Shown: piece after piece, positions 46,353 through 53,918 of the stretch
How positions within the stretch are numbered: the first letter of the stretch is position 1
Layout of the letters: each line of letters begins with the position of its first letter
DNA from: a virus
Lineage: Duplodnaviria > Caudoviricetes
Length of the DNA stretch: 64,000 bases
IMG/VR virus record: IMGVR_UViG_3300040811_001959
Direction: 5' to 3' (one strand)
Translations under genes and position numbers: made by a program
The notes under the pieces: model-generated
What the model saw: only the letters and a program-made list of their open reading frames with translations
Told to the model about the DNA's origin: nothing
Databases searched by the model: none

Positions 46353-46534
46353 TTCCGAATACAGTAAAGAATGACATACTGAATAAGCAGGAACAGGAGC
46401 TAGAACGGAATGCTCAGATCGCACGGATTAAGATCGTAGAACAAAAGATACGAGATTGGGACGTTCCCGGTTTGGGATTTGCGGGACTGAGGAGACTTGA
46501 ACGACAATTGCAAGACCTAAAAGGCTCGGTTTGA
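46349..46534 (+). CDS. Small early protein
   Basis: 61 aa; 4-nt overlap. Confidence 0.55.
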   Translation: MIPNTVKNDILNKQEQELERNAQIARIKIVEQKIRDWDVPGLGFAGLRRLERQLQDLKGSV

Positions 46535-46579
46535 GGAGACGACGAACAGCATCCACCGAGGGGCGATTTACCTAACAAT

Positions 46580-46607
46580 ATCAGTAGGTTAGTGCTAAGT
46601 CACTGTG
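46580..46607. other. 11-6-11 site B (degenerate)
   Basis: ATCAGTAGGTT-AGTGCT-AAGTCACTGTG. Confidence 0.55.
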
Positions 46608-46627
46608 ATCACAAGGGATCTTTTTTG

Positions 46628-46680
46628 TTGACTTTCCCAGTTCGATCAACTATACTATTAAGACAGTGAGCGAACAGCTC
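46628..46680 (+). promoter_or_regulatory. Early promoter cassette P2
   Basis: TTGACT-17-TATACT-ATTAAGACAGTGAGCGAACAGCTC. Confidence 0.85.
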
Positions 46681-46709
46681 CAATTGCAAACTCCACACTA
46701 GGAGACTCC

Positions 46710-46940
46710 ATGAACAGTTTCACCCGCTCAGCCCATCCATACTACACAGACCGAGACTTCTGCGACAAGCTCACACTATACCGGACAGCCTGGAGTACGG
46801 TACACGAGACCTATGTAGGACTCCGTGCGGTATGGCGTGATCCTAACAATGTTCCTGTCATCTCAGCCCATGTGCTAGGCACTCCGGACGAAGAGACACA
46901 TCTGTTCCGTCCAACTGAGTTGATCAACTACGTCCTCTAA
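46710..46940 (+). CDS. Early hypothetical protein
   Basis: TAGGAGA RBS; 76 aa. Confidence 0.75.
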   Translation: MNSFTRSAHPYYTDRDFCDKLTLYRTAWSTVHETYVGLRAVWRDPNNVPVISAHVLGTPDEETHLFRPTELINYVL

Positions 46941-46958
46941 AAAAAATAAAAAAAATGG

Positions 46959-47011
46959 TTGACTTCCGAAAGGGAGTCAGCTATACTATTAATACAGTGA
47001 GTGAACGGCTC
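46959..47011 (+). promoter_or_regulatory. Early promoter cassette P3 with spacer stem-loop
   Basis: A-tract, TTGACT-17-TATACT; GACTTCC-GAAA-GGGAGTC hairpin. Confidence 0.85.
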
Positions 47012-47043
47012 ACGCTTCCAATAACTCCTGCTACGGAGATCCA

Positions 47044-47364
47044 ATGTCAGAACTATCCAATACAGTTTACTCATTCTGCTCAGATCCCAGTCACGGTTGG
47101 CTAGCAGTTCCGCAGGCTGATCTCGCCCGTGTAGGTCTTTCCGCTGCAGACCTGTCAACATTCAGCTTTTGGGACTCAGAATACTTCTACTTAGAAGAGG
47201 ACATGGACTATGCGATCTTCTGTCGTGCCTTTGAGCGCACCGTAGGACACGCTCCAAACGTGAGATTTATTCCCTCAACAAGAGGCAATCACCCAATCCG
47301 CCGCAAGAACCGCAACATTATTGGTTGTACAGACAGTTCAAAACTCATCTCTCTAATGGTATAA
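47044..47364 (+). CDS. Early hypothetical protein
   Basis: GGAG RBS; SDPSHGWLAVP...YLEEDMD. Confidence 0.8.
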   Translation: MSELSNTVYSFCSDPSHGWLAVPQADLARVGLSAADLSTFSFWDSEYFYLEEDMDYAIFCRAFERTVGHAPNVRFIPSTRGNHPIRRKNRNIIGCTDSSKLISLMV

Positions 47365-47365
47365 A

Positions 47366-47524
47366 ATGGAAGTAGAAGCAATCGTAAGGATCACGTTGAA
47401 GGAAGGATATGACCTTTCAACCCCAGATCGCGTCATAGAAGTGCTTAATGAAATGGATTATGAGTTTACACACGAGGCGATCGAAGACACTGAAATCGTA
47501 GACATCAATTGGGAGATTGACTGA
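47366..47524 (+). CDS. Small acidic protein (52 aa)
   Basis: MEVEAIVRITLKEG...; found manually. Confidence 0.55.
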   Translation: MEVEAIVRITLKEGYDLSTPDRVIEVLNEMDYEFTHEAIEDTEIVDINWEID

Positions 47525-47703
47525 TGACATATCGGGAAGCAGATCAGCGACTAACCGCAATCCTAGACCGGCGGGTTAAAGAGTGTACAGAAAACGAAGA
47601 CTTACAGAACAGTCATTCGTATAAGCTAGGTGTGTTAATGAGTATGATGTCTTGTGTACTAACCGACAGTCAATTACGGAAGTTTGAACAAGGAGTGCTC
47701 TAA
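47524..47703 (+). CDS. Small protein (59 aa)
   Basis: TGATG coupling; MTYREADQRL... Confidence 0.55.
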   Translation: MTYREADQRLTAILDRRVKECTENEDLQNSHSYKLGVLMSMMSCVLTDSQLRKFEQGVL

Positions 47704-47720
47704 AAAAGATCCTTAACAAG

Positions 47721-47748
47721 ATCAGTGACTTACAGCTAAGTCACTGAT
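47721..47748. other. 11-6-11 site C (perfect palindromic arms)
   Basis: ATCAGTGACTT-ACAGCT-AAGTCACTGAT. Confidence 0.8.
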
Positions 47749-47768
47749 CCTACAGGGAATCATTTTTG

Positions 47769-47821
47769 TTGATTTTTTTGCCCCAATCAACTATACTATT
47801 TAGACACTGAGCGACAAGCTC
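47769..47821 (+). promoter_or_regulatory. Early promoter cassette P4
   Basis: TTGATT-17-TATACT...ACACTGAGCGACAAGCTC. Confidence 0.8.
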
Positions 47822-47850
47822 CAATTGCAAACTCCACGCACGGAGACAGT

Positions 47851-48036
47851 ATGAAAGCAGTCATTAAGTTCCGCCCAAAAGCAGAGAAGCGCTCACGAAA
47901 CTTGGATGCCGATCTGCGTACAGGTCAGGTCTACCTACTAGAGGGCAGGACTGTTGAGGAGACTATGAAGTCAGCTCGTCTAAACAATCGTCGCTACGAA
48001 ATGATCGGAGGCAAGAAATTTTTGGTAGTCAGCTAA
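47851..48036 (+). CDS. Small basic early protein
   Basis: GGAG RBS; 61 aa. Confidence 0.7.
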   Translation: MKAVIKFRPKAEKRSRNLDADLRTGQVYLLEGRTVEETMKSARLNNRRYEMIGGKKFLVVS

Positions 48037-48044
48037 AAAAAAGG

Positions 48045-48097
48045 TTGACGGCAGGGCCTCGCCCTGCTATACTATTAAGACAGTGAGCGAACAGCTC
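48045..48097 (+). promoter_or_regulatory. Early promoter cassette P5
   Basis: TTGACG-GCAGGGCCTCGCCCTGC-TATACT; palindromic spacer. Confidence 0.85.
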
Positions 48098-48127
48098 TTC
48101 CTTCCAAAACTCCAACCGGGAGATCCA

Positions 48128-48334
48128 ATGTCAGATACACGAAAAGCCACTAACCGACTGCTAGAACTAGTAGGCGACGGACTGCTAGATCAGTATCAGG
48201 TAATCCTAGCCTGCGTAAAGTATATGAGCGAGGACGATGTTGCAGACATGTGTCACCTAAACGAGTTTTTTGAGCAGGAGGACGAGGACCTGCTGGACGA
48301 CTTCAACTATGCGGGCAGTCGTCATCATTATTAA
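48128..48334 (+). CDS. Early hypothetical protein
   Basis: GGGAG RBS before ATG 48128. Confidence 0.75.
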   Translation: MSDTRKATNRLLELVGDGLLDQYQVILACVKYMSEDDVADMCHLNEFFEQEDEDLLDDFNYAGSRHHY

Positions 48335-48343
48335 AAAAAAAGG

Positions 48344-48396
48344 TTGACACGAGGCGTTCGGCCTGCTATACTATTAAGACAGTGAGCGACAAGCTT
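48344..48396 (+). promoter_or_regulatory. Early promoter cassette P6
   Basis: TTGACA-17-TATACT...ACAGTGAGCGACAAGCT. Confidence 0.85.
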
Positions 48397-48427
48397 GCAT
48401 TTTTCCAATCTACGCTAAGAGGGCACA

Positions 48428-48805
48428 ATGGCAACAAGAGCAAGAATTGCATACCGCTACACAGACGGATCATATGTTTCTGCTTATCATCATTGGGACG
48501 GCTATTTAGACGGCTTAGGTCTTCTGTTAACAGAACACTATACAGATCCTAAACTAATTGAGAAATGCATACAGAAAGGCAACGCTTCTACATGGACTCC
48601 AGAGCCTGAGAACAATAATTACTATCACAACGAGCGTTGTATGACACATGCCGACACAAAGGCACTAATGGAAGACGCTTGGAACATGGATGAGGAATAT
48701 CTTTACGTATACTCAGAAAAACTGCAAGGTTGGAGTGTACGATTCCGCAACGGAGATACGACACGGATCTCAGCTGAAAGTATTTTGTCAGCAAGAGAAA
48801 AATAA
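48428..48805 (+). CDS. Early hypothetical protein
   Basis: MATRARI...Y.HWDGY...LG..L..HY motif. Confidence 0.8.
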   Translation: MATRARIAYRYTDGSYVSAYHHWDGYLDGLGLLLTEHYTDPKLIEKCIQKGNASTWTPEPENNNYYHNERCMTHADTKALMEDAWNMDEEYLYVYSEKLQGWSVRFRNGDTTRISAESILSAREK

Positions 48806-48808
48806 AGG

Positions 48809-48861
48809 TTGACGGCAGGGCCTCGCCCTGCTATACTATTAAAACATTGAGCGAGTCAGCT
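48809..48861 (+). promoter_or_regulatory. Early promoter cassette P7
   Basis: Spacer identical to P5. Confidence 0.85.
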
Positions 48862-48892
48862 CACTTTTCCAAACTTGCACTAAGGACACACA

Positions 48893-49897
48893 ATGACACA
48901 GGTCAAAATTGTCGAAGGAACTTACAACGTTCGTGGAACTGATACATCTGTTGCAGGTATGATCTTTACGCTTGTAGAGGACTTCAAGCTTGGTGTTAAT
49001 GGCGGATATATTACAATTGACGGCAGCAAGACAGTAGGCTTTCCTGATCGTAACCTTAAGATCAAAATGGTAGGACCTCACTGTAGAGAACTGCTTGACG
49101 AAACTGTTTCTGTTAACAGTCGCAAAGAAACTGATGAGGAGACTATCGAAAGACTGCGAGAGCGATTTGACATGTTAGAGGACATGACACGAGCATGCAA
49201 GAAGGGCGATGTACGTGCAATGATCGTGTCAGGTCCTCCGGGAGTAGGCAAGTCACACGGTGTTGAGAAAGTACTTGCAAAGCATGATATGATCACAACG
49301 CTTGCGAATACTGCTCCTAAATACGTAATCGTAAAAGGTGCAATGTCGCCTTTAGGTCTATACATGAAACTGTACAACTATTCTGCTAAAGATAATGTTG
49401 TAGTTTTTGATGACTGTGACAGCATCTTCCAGGATGAACTTAGTCTTAACATCTTAAAAGCTGCATTAGATAGCAAGAAGACACGTAAGATCTTTTGGAA
49501 TACCGACAGTCGTGCGCTTCGTTCGGAAGGTATTCCAGATCAGTTCGAGTTTAAAGGCTCTGCAGTATTCATTACTAATCTAAAGTTTGAGAAAGTCAAA
49601 GGCAAATTGCGTGAGCATTTAGAAGCATTAGAGTCACGCTGTCACTACATCGACCTAACTATCGATACAGATAGAGAGAAGATGTTACGTATCAAGCAGA
49701 TCGTATCAGACGGCATGCTCGACGAATATGCATTTGAAGACGACACTGCAGAGGAGATACTAGACTTCGTGTCAATTAATAAAGATCGCTTGAGAGAACT
49801 CAGTCTTCGGACTGTGCTTAAGATTGCAGATCTTGCAAAAGCTTTTCCAACCAAATGGGAAGCTATGGCAGAGAATACGGTGATGCGTCGAGCCTAA
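48893..49897 (+). CDS. P-loop (AAA+-like) ATPase
   Basis: Walker A GPPGVGKS, Walker B VVFDDCD, FITN sensor, LESR Arg finger. Confidence 0.88.
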   Translation: MTQVKIVEGTYNVRGTDTSVAGMIFTLVEDFKLGVNGGYITIDGSKTVGFPDRNLKIKMVGPHCRELLDETVSVNSRKETDEETIERLRERFDMLEDMTRACKKGDVRAMIVSGPPGVGKSHGVEKVLAKHDMITTLANTAPKYVIVKGAMSPLGLYMKLYNYSAKDNVVVFDDCDSIFQDELSLNILKAALDSKKTRKIFWNTDSRALRSEGIPDQFEFKGSAVFITNLKFEKVKGKLREHLEALESRCHYIDLTIDTDREKMLRIKQIVSDGMLDEYAFEDDTAEEILDFVSINKDRLRELSLRTVLKIADLAKAFPTKWEAMAENTVMRRA

Positions 49898-49972
49898 GCC
49901 CTCGGGCTCCGCATTGCACGGGCGGCAGTGCCCCTCAGCTGTCGCCCCAGAACAAAAAAAATAAAAAAAAGG

Positions 49973-50025
49973 TTGACGCGAGCACAAGGCTTTGCTATAC
50001 TATTAATACAGTGAGCGACAAGCTC
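49973..50025 (+). promoter_or_regulatory. Early promoter cassette P8
   Basis: A-tract, TTGACG-17-TATACT...ACAGTGAGCGACAAGCTC. Confidence 0.85.
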
Positions 50026-50057
50026 ATCCTTCCAATAACTCCACATAGGAGATCACA

Positions 50058-50333
50058 ATGGCAGCAAGACGCAAGACAATCGACTTAGACACTTTCGTCA
50101 ACTGGTGCAACGACAGGCTCGCCAAGAGCAATTTCCAAGAACAAGACAGCACAGAAGGTGTTGGCTATCGCAAGGGCATTATGACAGCCGTTGAGGAGGC
50201 GCTGTTCAGTGCCAATCGCTACCAAGGCTATCGCGCCATCCGTCCACACGAAGCAGAAGTGAAGGACGGCTGGGGATACGACGATGCGACTGGTGAGTGG
50301 AACGATGACACTCGTCGTGTGTATTTCATCTAA
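50058..50333 (+). CDS. Early hypothetical protein
   Basis: TAGGAGA RBS; 91 aa. Confidence 0.75.
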   Translation: MAARRKTIDLDTFVNWCNDRLAKSNFQEQDSTEGVGYRKGIMTAVEEALFSANRYQGYRAIRPHEAEVKDGWGYDDATGEWNDDTRRVYFI

Positions 50334-50352
50334 TCTAAAACTAAGGAGAATT

Positions 50353-50511
50353 ATGATCGAAGACAACCGTACCAGCAAAGATATCCGCAAGGAGATCAAG
50401 CAATTGAAAAAGCTTGTGAAGGTAAAGCAGGAACTGTTAGGCATCGTGCTGATGCAGGAAGAGCTAAGCCAGATCAAACTACAGAAGACTTTTGACGACG
50501 CCGGTAACTAA
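50353..50511 (+). CDS. Small coiled-coil protein
   Basis: TAAGGAG RBS. Confidence 0.65.
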   Translation: MIEDNRTSKDIRKEIKQLKKLVKVKQELLGIVLMQEELSQIKLQKTFDDAGN

Positions 50512-50535
50512 TTAATTTAATCTAAGGAGCACGAC

Positions 50536-50718
50536 ATGGCACAGGTAACCAAGCGAGTACAATCACTTTCACAGACAGTACAAGAAGTAGAAGAAGACAT
50601 CTGCTGGCTGCAGCGACATGCAGTGAACGGCATCGTACCGCAGAAGGTACAGAAAGAACTGCAGGACCTGCAGCGGACACGAGCTAGCCTGATTGAACGA
50701 CAAACAGAGCTGGCGTAA
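50536..50718 (+). CDS. Small coiled-coil protein
   Basis: TAAGGAG RBS. Confidence 0.65.
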   Translation: MAQVTKRVQSLSQTVQEVEEDICWLQRHAVNGIVPQKVQKELQDLQRTRASLIERQTELA

Positions 50719-50807
50719 ACGGTTCCTTATAAGGCAAGGGTTTGGTTTGGTAGAGCCTGGAGTGACCCTTGCCGCCTCCACCACTACACTTCACGACGAG
50801 AATCACA

Positions 50808-51038
50808 ATGACAACGATCCAGAAACGATACAATAAACTAAGACAGATGTCAATCCAGGAATTAGAAACAGAACGATCCAGCCTGTATGACGCGATGGCA
50901 GAAGAAGAAGCAGATCCCTACGGAGGATGGGGTAGCTATCACCACGACAGCCTAAGCCTAGATGTGTCAATTGTAGAAGAGGTGCTGGACGAAAAAAAGA
51001 AAGCCAACAAGATCAATGACTTAGCGTTAACCTGCTGA
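50808..51038 (+). CDS. Early hypothetical protein
   Basis: Start MTTIQKR; 76 aa. Confidence 0.6.
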   Translation: MTTIQKRYNKLRQMSIQELETERSSLYDAMAEEEADPYGGWGSYHHDSLSLDVSIVEEVLDEKKKANKINDLALTC

Positions 51039-51039
51039 T
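51012..51039. other. 11-6-11 site D (degenerate)
   Basis: ATCAATGACTT-AGCGTT-AACCTGCTGAT. Confidence 0.55.
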
Positions 51040-51059
51040 ATCGCAAGAGATCTTTTCTG

Positions 51060-51100
51060 TTGATTTTTTGGACCGGATCAGATATACTATATGCATAGTG
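51060..51100 (+). promoter_or_regulatory. Early promoter cassette P9
   Basis: TTGATT-17-TATACT. Confidence 0.7.
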
Positions 51101-51131
51101 AATGATACCACAACGCCAACTAGGAGCGAAC

Positions 51132-51326
51132 ATGACACGAGAGCAGATCCAACAAGCAACACAGGCATTCCTTGCAAACGGCGGAGAGATCCAGAAGATG
51201 CCAGAGCGCAAATCCTACACCTGGGCTGACATCAGCAACATGCTGGAGCGGATACTAGATCAGGTAGACGGCATTGATGACGAAGTTGAAGCCGGAGGAT
51301 ATGACGAAGCTGCCGTAGGAATTTGA
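51132..51326 (+). CDS. Early hypothetical protein
   Basis: TAGGAG RBS; IQQATQAFLANGGEIQK.P. Confidence 0.7.
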   Translation: MTREQIQQATQAFLANGGEIQKMPERKSYTWADISNMLERILDQVDGIDDEVEAGGYDEAAVGI

Positions 51327-51345
51327 AAATAATTTAAAAAAATGG

Positions 51346-51398
51346 TTGACTTCTCCGCAGGAGTCAACTATACTGTATAGACACTGAGCGAACAGCTC
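51346..51398 (+). promoter_or_regulatory. Early promoter cassette P10
   Basis: GTTGAC...GTCAAC inverted repeat spanning -35 and spacer; TATACT. Confidence 0.85.
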
Positions 51399-51428
51399 CA
51401 CTCCACTCACTCCACACTAGGAGATCAC

Positions 51429-51656
51429 ATGCCACAGTCAGTCTACCACATCCAATTACAAGAGATCCAAGAAGAGATTGATATGCTGAACGAAGCCTGC
51501 ACTAGGCCTGAAGAAGACGAGTTCCAGATCATGCGTTGGAGAGATCGCATCTTTGATCTGGAGCAGGAGCAGATCTTAATTGAGCAGCGACATGCAGAGC
51601 TGGATCAGATGGACGACGACTACGCCTTGTTTGAAGACTTCATCGAATTCGTTTAA
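51429..51656 (+). CDS. Acidic early protein
   Basis: TAGGAGA RBS. Confidence 0.7.
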   Translation: MPQSVYHIQLQEIQEEIDMLNEACTRPEEDEFQIMRWRDRIFDLEQEQILIEQRHAELDQMDDDYALFEDFIEFV

Positions 51657-51675
51657 TCACTACCAAGGAGACACC

Positions 51676-51894
51676 ATGAGTGTAGCAGCCAACATGAACT
51701 TCATCTGGGGCGCCATTGCCAACAAGAGCCGCACAATGATCCAAACAGATCAGGGTCCGATGCGGATCTTCTCCATCCGCACCAAGGCAGGAGTGGATAT
51801 GGAGATCATGGCCGTCAACAATCAATCCAACAACCACACCTTCATCACAGTCACTCCAGACAATTCGGGTGACATCAGATCACGACTTTTTTAA
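51676..51894 (+). CDS. Early hypothetical protein
   Basis: AAGGAGA RBS. Confidence 0.7.
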   Translation: MSVAANMNFIWGAIANKSRTMIQTDQGPMRIFSIRTKAGVDMEIMAVNNQSNNHTFITVTPDNSGDIRSRLF

Positions 51895-51902
51895 AAAAAT
51901 AG

Positions 51903-51956
51903 TTGACTTATCCAAGCTCGTTTGCTATACTATATAGACAGTGAGCGAACGAGCTC
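51903..51956 (+). promoter_or_regulatory. Early promoter cassette P11
   Basis: TTGACT-17-TATACT...ACAGTGAGCGAACGAGCTC. Confidence 0.85.
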
Positions 51957-51987
51957 CATTTCCAATAACTCCAACAGAGAGTTCCAA

Positions 51988-52206
51988 ATGTTGCAAGCAA
52001 TCCGATCAGCTTCAGGCCTAATCTCAGTCCTATTCTTCTTCATCGCAGTAGGCAGTGACAATTGGCCCGCCACACTCTGTGCCGCAGCCATAGCGTTCTT
52101 GTTCGCAGTCGTAGAATATGAAGAAGCAAAAGAACTGGGCTTCTTCAACAGACCCACGGCGCAAAAGAAAATTTCCCTACAAAATCAACAGGTTGCACGT
52201 AAATAA
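51988..52206 (+). CDS. Small two-helix membrane protein
   Basis: Two hydrophobic segments. Confidence 0.65.
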   Translation: MLQAIRSASGLISVLFFFIAVGSDNWPATLCAAAIAFLFAVVEYEEAKELGFFNRPTAQKKISLQNQQVARK

Positions 52207-52211
52207 CTGAA
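52184..52211. other. 11-6-11 site E (most degenerate)
   Basis: ATCAACAGGTT-GCACGT-AAATAACTGAA, at the same distance from the promoter as sites A-D. Confidence 0.4.
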
Positions 52212-52231
52212 ATTGCATAGGATCTTTTTTG

Positions 52232-52290
52232 TTGCTTTTTTTATGCTAGTAAACTATACTATTAAAACAGTGCAGCAAAGCTTGCTGCGT
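52232..52290 (+). promoter_or_regulatory. Early promoter cassette P12
   Basis: TTGCTT-17-TATACT...ACAGTGCAGCAAAGCTTGCTGC hairpin. Confidence 0.7.
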
Positions 52291-52316
52291 TTTTTAAATT
52301 GCATTAGGAGTTTACT

Positions 52317-52568
52317 ATGCAAACTATTAAAGTACTTGTAAGCGGCACAAAAAGCTTTATGCAACATGCAATTGCACTGACAACTGGCTATACAGTTAAA
52401 AGTTACTTGCATGAAGAAAGTATGAGTGAGGATGACGAATGGACAGAGTTTGCAGTATATGTGTTAGAGGGAACAAGAGAAGACATTGATGAAGTAGACA
52501 CGCAACTGCAACAAATTGCAGCAATTGTTGATGAAGAACTATACGGAGGAGAACTAGGCGAAATTTAA
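52317..52568 (+). CDS. Acidic early protein
   Basis: TAGGAG RBS. Confidence 0.7.
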   Translation: MQTIKVLVSGTKSFMQHAIALTTGYTVKSYLHEESMSEDDEWTEFAVYVLEGTREDIDEVDTQLQQIAAIVDEELYGGELGEI

Positions 52569-52580
52569 TGTAACACAAAC

Positions 52581-52829
52581 ATGCAGCATTATGCTGCATG
52601 TTTTTTGCATACAACAAACGGAGAGATTAACGTGCAACAAACAAAACACAAACCTCTGGACGTTCCTGGCTCACCTTATTGGTGCGGCAAGAAGGATAAG
52701 CAAGACGGATTAAAGTCACGTCCACATTACTATCCCAGCATGCTGGCAGGCAGTATGAAACGCTGGGGCACTGACCGTATGATGCAGATGGAGATAGAAG
52801 AGTATGAGCTTGGATACAACGAAAACTAA
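52581..52829 (+). CDS. Hypothetical protein
   Basis: GSPYWCGKKD...PHYYP; start uncertain. Confidence 0.5.
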   Translation: MQHYAACFLHTTNGEINVQQTKHKPLDVPGSPYWCGKKDKQDGLKSRPHYYPSMLAGSMKRWGTDRMMQMEIEEYELGYNEN

Positions 52830-52998
52830 TAACCTATATCGTGTACGCTATGCACACGGTACCAACGAATATGTGGACGAGATCATAGCACCCACAGAGC
52901 GGCATGCAGCCCAGATCATCATACACTACATGCACACCAACAACTGGACTACAGGACGGGTGCTGGGTGTACAACTACTAAAGCGAGCATACTCATGA
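52804..52998 (+). CDS. Hypothetical protein
   Basis: 64 aa. Confidence 0.5.
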   Translation: MSLDTTKTNNLYRVRYAHGTNEYVDEIIAPTERHAAQIIIHYMHTNNWTTGRVLGVQLLKRAYS

Positions 52999-53180
52999 AC
53001 ATATACTCTGCAGTAGAACGATTGGAAAGATTGATGTGGGAGAAGACAAGGATTGAAAGAGAGATAGTAGAAATGAATATCATAATCGATCGTCTCTCGG
53101 AATCCGAGAAAGAAAATTTTTTCGGTCGGGAGGAGAAAAAAAATTTCCTCGAGGGGTCGGGGCTTATAAATTATAATTAA
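52995..53180 (+). CDS. Hypothetical protein
   Basis: 61 aa; 4-nt overlap. Confidence 0.5.
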   Translation: MNIYSAVERLERLMWEKTRIEREIVEMNIIIDRLSESEKENFFGREEKKNFLEGSGLINYN

Positions 53181-53332
53181 TGATAACAGCTACTTAGCTT
53201 AATGACCCCATATGTGCAAAACCACCACCCTGAAACTGTAAGTACTCCACCATGAAAAATTTGCGCCCGCAGATTTTTTTCACGCAGGAACCCCTTTGGG
53301 CTGCAAGCCTCCGTACCCCTCATCCGGGTGTT

Positions 53333-53740
53333 TCACGGTAATAACTGTATGGGAATTTGATTCACGGTGGAATGCACCAGTGTCGCTGCTAACACAAAGT
53401 GTCGACTCATCATCTGGAACGGTTCTCTGTCAATCCTCGCATAAGCTGACTCGCCAATCTGTCTATAGTACTCCGTTGTTATTCCACGGTGCTGCCTGTA
53501 TGTGGGCCACGCTCCTGAGACTAGCAGTGCACAATCCGCAACCGTTTTACAGTCTAGGTCTGTTTCAGCGGTTAGATATTGTTCTGCGAAAGTCTTCTCC
53601 TGCGTGACAGCAGGTTTATCACAGTATTCTGCCATTACGGCTGTTGTATACTGCTGCAGTTCCCATGGTAAGCATAATCCTTGCTGGTCTACGACTTCTT
53701 TAACTAATTGTTCAAATATGGTTAAGTAAACTGCTTGCAT
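53333..53740 (-). CDS. Hypothetical protein
   Basis: 135 aa; TAAATA at 53745-53750. Confidence 0.7.
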   Translation of the reverse strand: MQAVYLTIFEQLVKEVVDQQGLCLPWELQQYTTAVMAEYCDKPAVTQEKTFAEQYLTAETDLDCKTVADCALLVSGAWPTYRQHRGITTEYYRQIGESAYARIDREPFQMMSRHFVLAATLVHSTVNQIPIQLLP

Positions 53741-53918
53741 ACTATATTTATAGTCGGAGGAACGAATATAAAATTGCCTAAAATTAGCGATCGGGGCGTA
53801 TGATGTATAATGATGTGTCGTTTTAACTGTTAAGAGGAGGTAATGACAAAAATGCGGAAATCGCCTGCGGGCTTACCGCTTTACGCTTCGCGCTCTAGAT
53901 CTTACCACTAAATACCTT

